NCBI RefSeq assembly: GCF_018398935.1
Contig: NZ_CP074694.1
Coordinates: 630,001 to 662,000, forward strand
Origin: Telmatocola sphagniphila
GTDB lineage: Bacteria > Planctomycetota > Planctomycetia > Gemmatales > Gemmataceae
Reading direction: 5' to 3'
Length of the DNA: 32,000 nt
The notes under the pieces are model-generated. The model searched no databases. It saw only the letters and a list, made by a program, of their open reading frames with translations, and had not been told where the DNA came from. This document shows positions 7,584-15,483 of this stretch, piece after piece; within the stretch, counting starts at the first letter, position 1, and every line of letters starts with the position of its first letter. Both the position numbers and the translations under genes were made by a program.

Positions 7584-8432
7584 ATGACGCCGATAATTAC
7601 GCGAACCGTGGAAGAAGCTCGGGCCCATATCCAGAAGGCTCGACTGGCCGGAAAAAAAATTGGCTGTGTACCCACCATGGGAGCTTTGCACGAGGGGCAT
7701 GCCAGTTTGATTCGCGGCGCCCGGTCCGAGAATGAATTCGTCGTGGTTACAGTTTTTGTGAACCCCACTCAATTCGGACCCCAGGAAGATTTCAGCCGGT
7801 ATCCCCGGCAACTGGAAGCCGATTGCCAGATCGCTGGCGCGAGCGGGGCCGAACTGGTGTTTGCTCCCTCGGTCGAGGAAATGTATCCTTCCGGATTCTC
7901 CACGTCCGTCGATATTCAGAAACTTGGCGACCATCTCTGCGGTCGATCACGTCCCGGTCATTTTCGGGGAGTTTGTACCGTAGTTACCAAGTTGCTGAAC
8001 ATCGTTCGACCCGATGGGTCTTACTTCGGTCAGAAGGATGCCCAGCAAGCCCGCATCATTCAGCAACTGGCAAGCGATCTGAATCTTCCCGGAATAATCG
8101 TCGTGTTGCCGACTTACCGCGAAAAAGATGGATTGGCCATGAGCTCGCGGAATCGATATCTGTCCGAAAGCGAGCGTCAGGAGGCCTTAATACTGATCCA
8201 AAGTCTTCGAGCCGGGCAGGAACTATTTGCCCGCGGTGAGCGAGAAACCGCAAAGATTCGCCAATTGGTTCGCGAGCAGATTTGTCAGAAGCCAAATATT
8301 CAACTAGATTACGTGGAGGTAGTCGATTCGACTGACCTGCAGCCGGTTGATCGGATTCAGAACAAGGCCTTGTTGGCCGTGGCTGCATTTGTTGGGAAAA
8401 CCCGTCTGATCGACAACGTTTTTCTCTTGTAG
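7584..8432 (+). CDS. panC: Pantoate--beta-alanine ligase
   Basis: 282 aa. Motifs are VPTMGALHEGHASLI (HIGH-like), VTVFVNPTQFGP, FGQKDAQQ and MSSRNRYLS. It starts 4 nt after the CYTH gene. Confidence 0.93.
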   Translation: MTPIITRTVEEARAHIQKARLAGKKIGCVPTMGALHEGHASLIRGARSENEFVVVTVFVNPTQFGPQEDFSRYPRQLEADCQIAGASGAELVFAPSVEEMYPSGFSTSVDIQKLGDHLCGRSRPGHFRGVCTVVTKLLNIVRPDGSYFGQKDAQQARIIQQLASDLNLPGIIVVLPTYREKDGLAMSSRNRYLSESERQEALILIQSLRAGQELFARGERETAKIRQLVREQICQKPNIQLDYVEVVDSTDLQPVDRIQNKALLAVAAFVGKTRLIDNVFLL

Positions 8433-8484
8433 TATCGTCGGATCATCTCTCCCAGATTCGCTATTTTGTGAATGGTATATTAAT

Positions 8485-8515
8485 TCGGGTTGATCTACCT
8501 ACCTCGGGTTGATCT
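8485..8515 (+). repeat. 12-bp direct repeat TCGGGTTGATCT x2 (19-bp period) at the 5' end of the M50-like gene
   Basis: Identical copies lie at 8485-8496 and 8504-8515, separated by ACCTACC. If the true start of the downstream gene is ATG 8578, the repeat lies in its promoter or 5' UTR. Confidence 0.5.
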
Positions 8516-9459
8516 CCAACGTAAAATTACCACTAGAACTAGAACACCCCGAAACTCCGGAAGTGCTGCTGACGTTCATGTATCGATCTCCTGTCATTGC
8601 TAAAGTTCGGGCGGTTCCTGTTCGAGGAAATTGGCTCTTTCTTTCGCTGCCAATCGCAGTAGCCATCTGGCAGTACTTCTCGGAAGGCACGGCCTCTGCC
8701 GTTCTCGCCTTACTGATCTTCCTCGGTCTCTACCTCGGATTTTGCTTCCAAGCCTTGCTGCAGGCGGCCGCGGCCTGGACTTTAAAAGTCGGCCTCCGCG
8801 ATGTCACCCTGCTACCGCTGTCCGTGATCGTCCGGCTGACTTGGATCTCCGAAAAACCGGTTTACGAACTCGGAGTACATATCGCGGGAGTTTTAGCCAG
8901 AGTCCTTCAGGTGGGGGTGCTGTACGCCATCCTGGTTTTTGCCGGCATACCCATTTCACCACAGACCGATTTTTCCGCAGTGGACGGGGCTCTATTTTGT
9001 AATCGACTCTTCTGGATGTCGATTGTCATGCTGATAATTGACTGCGTGCCCGTATTCCCAACCAGTATGGGTTTTTTGTTCCGGGCGGCTCTGGCGATGA
9101 ATGCCAAGCGGATTCGAGCAACCGAGATCACTTCTTATCTCGGAACTTTTGTAAGTCTGATTTGCATCGGCTTCGGCTTTTACACGAAATATCCTTACCT
9201 GATGCTTTTGGGAGTCTACTTCCTCATCTGGTCGCAGCAGGAACTGGCCGATGTCCGCTATTTTGCCAGCATCCGTAAACGCTACGGTTCGACCAGCAAA
9301 TCCCCGGCGATGGTCCTACCCGAAGATCAGGTGATCGATATCGATTCTCGGCCAACGGTGCCGAATTTTACCGGTTTCACCTTCAATGCCCGCACGAAAC
9401 TCTGGATCGAGTGGAAAAATGGCGAGCCAATTAGCGCCAACGCCTTGATCGGGAATTAA
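8509..9459 (+). CDS. Peptidase M50 (site-2 protease) homologue with degenerate active site
   Basis: The polytopic membrane protein follows the M50 layout. The HExxH position reads QALLQ (8749-8763). The N..P..PLDGG position reads DCVPVFPTSMG (9040-9072). The AGP-like block (HIAGVLARVL) is retained. The ORF-track start is TTG 8509. ATG 8578 (MYRSPVIAKVRAVPVRGNWLF...) looks more like a typical M50 N-terminus. Confidence 0.65.
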   Translation: MISNVKLPLELEHPETPEVLLTFMYRSPVIAKVRAVPVRGNWLFLSLPIAVAIWQYFSEGTASAVLALLIFLGLYLGFCFQALLQAAAAWTLKVGLRDVTLLPLSVIVRLTWISEKPVYELGVHIAGVLARVLQVGVLYAILVFAGIPISPQTDFSAVDGALFCNRLFWMSIVMLIIDCVPVFPTSMGFLFRAALAMNAKRIRATEITSYLGTFVSLICIGFGFYTKYPYLMLLGVYFLIWSQQELADVRYFASIRKRYGSTSKSPAMVLPEDQVIDIDSRPTVPNFTGFTFNARTKLWIEWKNGEPISANALIGN

Positions 9460-9493
9460 TTCCGGATTCGGTCTTCTCCGCTAAAACAACAGC

Positions 9494-10276
9494 ATGAGTG
9501 CTGAAGCGAATATTATCCGGTCCTGGTTGGAACACCTGGGTGATTGGGCCCATTTTTCTTTTCAGACAGTTTTCGGCATTTTCTTCAGCTTTCGAACGTT
9601 AACCCAGTCTTGGCCCGTTTATTACGAAATCGGCGTTCGCAGCGTTGGGGTAGTCGTAGTTACCGGTATGTTCATTGGAATGGTGCTAGCCCTCGAAGCC
9701 CATACCGAATTTCATCCGTACGGATTGGATACTTCGCTCGGTGCCATCAGCATCACGTCGATTCTCGGCGAACTCGGTCCAGTTCTCGCGGCCGTGATGT
9801 TAGCGGGACGGGTGGGCAGTGCCATGGCGGCCGAGATCGGTACCATGCGGATTACCGATCAAACTGATGCTTTGACCTGTCTGGGAGTGAATCCGATTCA
9901 CTACTTATCCACCCCCCGGTTGGTCGGCTGCCTGATACTGGTGCCCATGCTGACCTTATTTGCCGATCTGGCGGGAATTGTCGGTAGCACCCTCATTTCC
10001 ACACAGGTTCTGGGGGTCGATGCTCACCACTACTGGCAGCAGACTTTGCGAGTGGTTGTGCGATATGATCTCCTCACCGGTTTAATCAAGTCGATCGTGT
10101 TCGGAGCGATGATCGCCCTGATCAGCTGCTACCAGGGCTTTCAGTGCAAGGCGGGCGCTCAAGGTGTTGGACGGGCGGCGACGCAATCCTTCGTTCTTTC
10201 GTTCCTGGCGATCCTGTTCTTTGATTTTCTGTTGGTTTATCTTTTTGCTCATATTCGCCCTTTCTTCGTCGGTTAA
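9494..10276 (+). CDS. mlaE: MlaE-family ABC transporter permease
   Basis: 260 aa with the typical MlaE/TTG2B layout (GVRSVGVVVVTGMFIGMVLALE, LGPVLAAVMLAGRVGSAMAAEIGTMRITDQTDAL). An MlaF-type ATPase gene follows 9 nt later. Confidence 0.9.
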   Translation: MSAEANIIRSWLEHLGDWAHFSFQTVFGIFFSFRTLTQSWPVYYEIGVRSVGVVVVTGMFIGMVLALEAHTEFHPYGLDTSLGAISITSILGELGPVLAAVMLAGRVGSAMAAEIGTMRITDQTDALTCLGVNPIHYLSTPRLVGCLILVPMLTLFADLAGIVGSTLISTQVLGVDAHHYWQQTLRVVVRYDLLTGLIKSIVFGAMIALISCYQGFQCKAGAQGVGRAATQSFVLSFLAILFFDFLLVYLFAHIRPFFVG

Positions 10277-10285
10277 AATTCAAAC

Positions 10286-11068
10286 ATGGAAGCACCTTTA
10301 CTAGAATTGCGAAACGTGGATGTCTCTTTCGGGAGCCAGCCAATTCTGCGCGGCATCAATCTGACCATTCGTTCGGGTGAGACGGTTTCCATAATCGGGG
10401 AGAGTGGTTGCGGTAAAACTGTTCTGTTGAAGCTTCTGGTTGGGCTGCTGCAGCCCAGTGCGGGAGAAATTCTGTTCGAAGGAGCCGATCTCGGGGATCT
10501 GTCGACCTTCAAATTGGGTTCAATCCGTCGCAGAATCGGTTTTCTCTTTCAAGGGGCCGCCCTCTTCGACAGTCTGACGGTCTACGAAAATATCGCATTC
10601 GGTGTGCGACTTCTCCGTAAATTCGACGAGAAGCATATCCGGGAGATCGTGCACTTACATCTGGCAGAAGTCGGATTACCGGAAAATTCGGTCTCCAAGA
10701 TGCCCTCGGAGCTTTCGGGCGGTATGAAAAAGCGGGTTGGATTAGCGCGTGCGCTCGCCTTAAACCCCGATGTGATGCTCTACGATGAACCGACTACTGG
10801 GCTCGATCCGATCATGACTGATGTGATTAATGATTTGATCCTTCAGACTCGGGCCAAACGCCCCCTGACCAGCGTCGTGGTCACCCACGAAATGCGGACG
10901 GTCCGGAAGGTGGCCGATCGGGTGCTGATGCTGTTCCCGGCTTCCCGATTGACGGATTCGGAGAGTCAGGTCCTCTTCGACGGCTCGGTTGCGGGGTTGG
11001 CGGATGCTTCTGATCCGCGGATTAAACAGTTCATCGAAGGCGATGCCCGAGTACTCGTGAAAACATGA
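10286..11068 (+). CDS. mlaF: MlaF-family ABC transporter ATP-binding protein
   Basis: 260 aa. Walker A is GESGCGKT, the signature is LSGGMKKRVGLARAL, Walker B is MLYDEPTTGLD, and the H-loop is VTHE. The stop overlaps the next start (ATGA at 11065-11068). Confidence 0.92.
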   Translation: MEAPLLELRNVDVSFGSQPILRGINLTIRSGETVSIIGESGCGKTVLLKLLVGLLQPSAGEILFEGADLGDLSTFKLGSIRRRIGFLFQGAALFDSLTVYENIAFGVRLLRKFDEKHIREIVHLHLAEVGLPENSVSKMPSELSGGMKKRVGLARALALNPDVMLYDEPTTGLDPIMTDVINDLILQTRAKRPLTSVVVTHEMRTVRKVADRVLMLFPASRLTDSESQVLFDGSVAGLADASDPRIKQFIEGDARVLVKT

Positions 11069-12420
11069 ACTCCAATGGCTACCGATTGCGGCTGGGACTT
11101 TTTGTCCTACTTTCCTTTGGTTTACTGACCGGGATGATCTTGCTGTTTGGTGGTTCCCCCGTACGTTTTCGGGAAACCAACCCCTATACCATCCGGTTTT
11201 CCGATGCCCCCGGGGTGAATGTCGGTACACCGGTCCGCAGATCGGGAATCCGCATCGGCGAGGTTTCGAAGATTGATCTCGATCCGGAAACCGGCAAAGT
11301 CTATGCCCAGGTTCTGCTGGAATCGAAATATCTGCCGCGGACCGGGGATGAACCCACGGTAGTGCGCGGCCTGCTAGTGAACGATACCAGCATCGATTTG
11401 ATTCCCCTGCGGCCCGATCAGGTTGGAACACCACTGCCTATCGGCTCGGAACTCGTCGGTATCTCCAATTCGTCTAATCCGGTGGCCGCCGTGCAGGATC
11501 TGATGCCCGAGGTTCAGAAATCTCTCGAACAGATTCGCCGTTCGATGGCCAAGCTGGAGGAAATCGTTCCCCAGATGAATCGTACGCTGGAAGATTTTTC
11601 TCTGCTGGCCAAGGATACCCGAACGTTAATCCCCGAATTGAAGAAATCGAGCGACAGTTTTCAGGAAGCTCTCGCCCTCGCGAAAAATACCATCCCGGAA
11701 TTTACCAAATCGAATAAGGCAATTCAGGATGCGGCGGCCGATGCTCAGAAGATGATCAACTCTGGCCGCACTTGGATTGAAGACACCAATAATTTGATCA
11801 AGAAAAACGAACCCAAAGTTGTCAAAGTGCTGGATAATGCCGCCAACACCCTCGATAGTCTGGGGCAGTTATTCAACGATGAGAATCGGAAGAATGCCTC
11901 GGAGATGTTGAAGAACCTTAACGACGCCAGCAAGAGTCTCGAGCGTACGGCCTCTTCCACGGAAGACTTTTTTAAAGATATCCGCAAGACCATGACTAAG
12001 GTAAATGAGACGCTCACCAATGCGGATCTCGCAGTCACCGATCTTCGCGGTACGATTAAACCGATCAGCGACAAAATGGGACAGGTGATGGAGAACATCG
12101 ACGTTGCTTCCAAGCAACTGGCTTTGACGCTCTCCGATACTCGGCAATTACTAAAGGCCGTGTCCCGGGCGGATGGAACGGTCGCCAAGTTTTTGAACGA
12201 TCCGGCCTTTTACGACAATCTAAATCAAGCTTCCATTCTGTTCATGCGTGTGATGCCTCGGCTCGATCGCATCTTCCGGGATCTCGAAGTCTTCTCCGAT
12301 AAGATTGCCCGGCATCCGGAAAGCATCGGCTTAGGTGGAGCTATTCGGCCCAGTGCGGGTCTGAAAGAATCTCCAATTCCGGCCGCCAGCTTTGGGCCGC
12401 TTCAGCCGCGTCTACCTTAG
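11065..12420 (+). CDS. mlaD: MCE/MlaD-domain protein with ~300-aa C-terminal helical extension
   Basis: 451 aa. It has an N-terminal TM (LGLFVLLSFGLLTGMILLF), an MCE beta-barrel domain (YTIRFSDAPGVNVGTPVRRSGIRIGEV), a long Asn/Lys/Glu/Leu-rich helical region, and the common C-terminal GT.AKFLNDPAFYDNL block. Confidence 0.88.
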   Translation: MNSNGYRLRLGLFVLLSFGLLTGMILLFGGSPVRFRETNPYTIRFSDAPGVNVGTPVRRSGIRIGEVSKIDLDPETGKVYAQVLLESKYLPRTGDEPTVVRGLLVNDTSIDLIPLRPDQVGTPLPIGSELVGISNSSNPVAAVQDLMPEVQKSLEQIRRSMAKLEEIVPQMNRTLEDFSLLAKDTRTLIPELKKSSDSFQEALALAKNTIPEFTKSNKAIQDAAADAQKMINSGRTWIEDTNNLIKKNEPKVVKVLDNAANTLDSLGQLFNDENRKNASEMLKNLNDASKSLERTASSTEDFFKDIRKTMTKVNETLTNADLAVTDLRGTIKPISDKMGQVMENIDVASKQLALTLSDTRQLLKAVSRADGTVAKFLNDPAFYDNLNQASILFMRVMPRLDRIFRDLEVFSDKIARHPESIGLGGAIRPSAGLKESPIPAASFGPLQPRLP

Positions 12421-12501
12421 GCTGGCATTTCGGCGAAATTGAATTTGGCCCGGTTGTGCCCCGATTGCGATATTTTTTTCCAGGGGACTATCTCCAGGCC
12501 A

Positions 12502-12534
12502 TTCTCCGCCTAGTCCCAAGTCTTCTCCGCCTAG
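12502..12534 (+). repeat. 12-bp direct repeat TTCTCCGCCTAG x2 (21-bp period) just upstream of the CotH gene
   Basis: Identical copies lie at 12502-12513 and 12523-12534. A third TCTCC core is at 12491-12495. The repeat ends 15 nt before ATG 12549. Two helical turns of spacing is typical for direct-repeat-binding regulators. Confidence 0.5.
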
Positions 12535-12548
12535 AATAGAAGAGGTTA

Positions 12549-14663
12549 ATGGGTAGTCCCGCAATCCTTCGGGGGACGATGATGTCTCGTCTGTTGGCAA
12601 TCCTTGGTTGTTTACTTCTGGCGGGGGCTTCTCCGGCATCGGAATCCGCTCCTCAAGACAAAGTCGCCCTGATATCAGATATCGTCCATGAACCTACGCA
12701 ACCGAAACCTAACATACCAGTGCTAATAAAGGCTCGAATCGCTCCCGGTGCCACTAAAGTTGTTTTGAAGCTTCAGGCTGTGGCTCCTGGGAAATATATC
12801 GCGAAGTCCGACCCCGCCTACGAAAAGGAATGGCTCGAATTCCCGATGCACGACGATGGTCAGGACGGCGATGCCAAGGCGGGGGATGGCATTTACTCCG
12901 TACGAATTCCGGCCAGTTACCAGAAACATCGCTGGCTCCTGCGCTATCGCATCCTGGTGACCAGTAAGGAGGGAAAGACGGTTCAGGAACCGCTGGCCGC
13001 GGAGGCCAGTCCGAATTACGCCTGGTGGTGTGATGCGGGACCGGCGACCTGGAAAGGAACTCGCGACCCTGGAAAGACTCCGGTTTTAACCTTCAGTTCC
13101 CAGTTTCTGGGGACACTGCAATCGATTCAACTCATCGCCAAAGCCGAAGAAGTCGCGAAAAGCCAGTGGGATGGCGGGGCTCATAAGCAGAAGCAGCAGG
13201 GGACCATTATCTACAAAGGGGTGGTTTACGATCATATCCGCTACAGCAACCGGGGGCAGGGGAGCGCGCATATCTCCGGGAAAAACAAATGGAGCCTGAA
13301 GTTCAATCCCGATGAAGAAATTCCCTTCGTCGATCATAACGGCGTTCCCTTCGCGGAGAGCTGCGCCAGTCTGAATCTCAACCCTGGGGGTTGCACACCC
13401 TACTTACCGGTTCATCGAGGGATTGCCGGATTGGATGAAGTTCTTTCGTTTCGCGCTTATCGTTTAGCCGGAGTCCCCAGTCCCCCGGCGACCTGGATCC
13501 AATGGCGAGTGATCACCCAACCGGACGAAGTGTCTGCCAGAGATCAGTATCAGGGAGATTTGTGGGGGCTTTACGTAGCCATCGGCGAAATGACACCCAA
13601 ACAGTTGAGCGATACCAAACTACCCAACGGACTGACCTTCAGCACTCAAAGCGGTATCAAGCATACTCCCAAAGGGATGGCGGATGCGGATAAGCTGTGG
13701 GAGAAGTTCGTCAATACGATGCGGTCGAATCCCAAGGAATCCTGGTGGCGGGAGAACCTGGATCTCAAAGCCTTCTTCAGTTTCCATGCGATGAATCGAC
13801 TTTTGGGTAACGTTGATCTGCGGCCCGATGGCAATCACGGCTATTACCGGCATCCGGACGGGCATTGGGCACCGATCCCCTGGGATTTGGATATGATGTT
13901 TGTGCCCCGTCACCATCAACCCGGTGTCATCGACGCGGTGGCCTGTCTGAATCATCCGAAAATTGCCCTGGAATATCGCAATCGAGCCCGCGAAATTCTG
14001 GATCTATTCGCTTCGGACTACTCTCCGAAGGGAGGACAGATCGGGCAGTTGACCATCGATCTGGGGAAAGTTCTGACTCCCCCCGGTTTTAACGTCGACT
14101 GGCCACGTCTGGATGAAGCTGTCTGGAATCAAAACCCGCACATGAATCAAAAGGGCAGTTACTATCTCAATCCGACCAATGCCGAGCATTTTGGAGGGGC
14201 ATGGAAGCGGACTCTGGCTACCAATGATTTTGCGGGCTTTCAAAAATACATCGTCGAGTTTTGCACCGATTCGCGGCCGACCAAAAACTACGCTCCGAAT
14301 GATGGCGATCAGAGAGGCTATGGCTGGGGCTATCTGAATTTTGAAGCGAAAGAGGACAAAATACCTGCTACCGCCCGAGTGGAACGGCTACCCGGCAACA
14401 GTCCGAAATTTAAAGCGACCTCCTTCGAATCTTCCGCAGGTGATAAATCGGCGGCTTTGGAATGGCGTGTCGGCCGGGTAGGCAAAAAAGGCTGGTACGA
14501 GTTGGGCGATCACTGGCGGAAGGAAACCGGGGCGGGGTTGGAAGTGGAGGTTCCGACGGAGATTTTCAAGGAATCGGGCGTTTATCGCGTGCGTGCTCGC
14601 TGGAGAGACCAAACGGGCCGTTGCGGGCATTGGAGCAACCCGTTAGAGATCACCACCAAATAA
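12549..14663 (+). CDS. Secreted CotH-family (atypical kinase fold) protein with flanking beta-rich modules
   Basis: 704 aa. There is a signal peptide (MMSRLLAILGCLLLAGASPA) and an N-terminal Ig-like module with HDDGQDGDAKAGDGIYS. The central CotH-type blocks are GKNKWSLKFN and NHGYYRHPDGHWAPIPWDLDMMF. AGAGG lies 5 nt upstream of ATG 12549. Confidence 0.8.
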   Translation: MGSPAILRGTMMSRLLAILGCLLLAGASPASESAPQDKVALISDIVHEPTQPKPNIPVLIKARIAPGATKVVLKLQAVAPGKYIAKSDPAYEKEWLEFPMHDDGQDGDAKAGDGIYSVRIPASYQKHRWLLRYRILVTSKEGKTVQEPLAAEASPNYAWWCDAGPATWKGTRDPGKTPVLTFSSQFLGTLQSIQLIAKAEEVAKSQWDGGAHKQKQQGTIIYKGVVYDHIRYSNRGQGSAHISGKNKWSLKFNPDEEIPFVDHNGVPFAESCASLNLNPGGCTPYLPVHRGIAGLDEVLSFRAYRLAGVPSPPATWIQWRVITQPDEVSARDQYQGDLWGLYVAIGEMTPKQLSDTKLPNGLTFSTQSGIKHTPKGMADADKLWEKFVNTMRSNPKESWWRENLDLKAFFSFHAMNRLLGNVDLRPDGNHGYYRHPDGHWAPIPWDLDMMFVPRHHQPGVIDAVACLNHPKIALEYRNRAREILDLFASDYSPKGGQIGQLTIDLGKVLTPPGFNVDWPRLDEAVWNQNPHMNQKGSYYLNPTNAEHFGGAWKRTLATNDFAGFQKYIVEFCTDSRPTKNYAPNDGDQRGYGWGYLNFEAKEDKIPATARVERLPGNSPKFKATSFESSAGDKSAALEWRVGRVGKKGWYELGDHWRKETGAGLEVEVPTEIFKESGVYRVRARWRDQTGRCGHWSNPLEITTK

Positions 14664-14689
14664 CAACCCTTTCCGGTTAGGGCTGAACA

Positions 14690-15409
14690 TTACGGCTTCC
14701 AAACGTTATCATCCAGCTTGTCGACAAGTTTGATTTCGTCGATCGCCCAGTAATGCATTTTGCGACCGTTATGAAATTCCGTTTCCTCGAAGGGCAGCTT
14801 AATGCCATTCACGGCCTGATGCTTCCCGAAACTCAACTCGCGCAGAATCTTCACGCCGGCTTCCCGCGAGGAGTAGGCCGTTCGCACGTGTAACAGAGAT
14901 TGTTTGTCGAAATACATCAGAGCGTCTGGACGGCCTTTTTTCGAGACTTTCAGTCCCACGGCCGGTCCGCTGTCGAGTTGGATATCCGGAATGCGAGTCA
15001 GTTTCGTATCGGCTTCCCGGAGCGGGAAGAGATTGCAGAGCCAGTAGATGTAGACTCCCTCACTGAATTCCGCAAGATCCTCCCGGGTCATTTCCACCAC
15101 GGCCTGGCCAAATCGTTGGCTCCAGCCTTTCTCCTTGTTCATTACGATGTTGACGCGCCGTTTTTCGGAATCGAAGTAGAGATCGGTCGTCATGCGGAAT
15201 TTGCTGGGCCAGCTCATCTGAAATTCCCGATCGGCTTTCTGATTGAACATGGTGCCATGAGCTTTGGTGATCATGGTTTTCAGCCGGTCCAGCCGTTCGG
15301 GTTTTTCAGCGGTCGCGACGAAAATCTTGTCGAGTAGCTCTTCGGCTTCCCCGGCGCGGACATTGGAAATGCACAGTAATAAAGTGCTGATTATCAGCGT
15401 AAAACGCAT
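14690..15409 (-). CDS. Secreted hypothetical protein (possibly LolA-like fold)
   Basis: 239 aa with a clear signal peptide (MRFTLIISTLLLCISNVRA/GEA). I recognise no catalytic motif. It lies 74 nt downstream of the histidine kinase gene on the same strand. The fold suggestion rests only on size and beta-rich pattern. Confidence 0.6.
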   Translation of the reverse strand: MRFTLIISTLLLCISNVRAGEAEELLDKIFVATAEKPERLDRLKTMITKAHGTMFNQKADREFQMSWPSKFRMTTDLYFDSEKRRVNIVMNKEKGWSQRFGQAVVEMTREDLAEFSEGVYIYWLCNLFPLREADTKLTRIPDIQLDSGPAVGLKVSKKGRPDALMYFDKQSLLHVRTAYSSREAGVKILRELSFGKHQAVNGIKLPFEETEFHNGRKMHYWAIDEIKLVDKLDDNVWKP

Positions 15410-15483
15410 GCTAATTCTCCCGGCGAAAGCCTCAACACAGAGATTATCGCCGAAAGATGCGACTGAAAAGAGGAATTAATTTC

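Noticed and set aside
7281-7934. 217-aa ORF on the minus strand
   Set aside because: It spans the CYTH/panC junction in antisense. Both sense genes carry diagnostic motifs.
10760-11434. 224-aa ORF on the minus strand
   Set aside because: It is antisense across the mlaF/mlaD junction. Its sequence is Arg/Pro/Ser/Gly-rich and low-complexity. Both sense genes have unambiguous family signatures.
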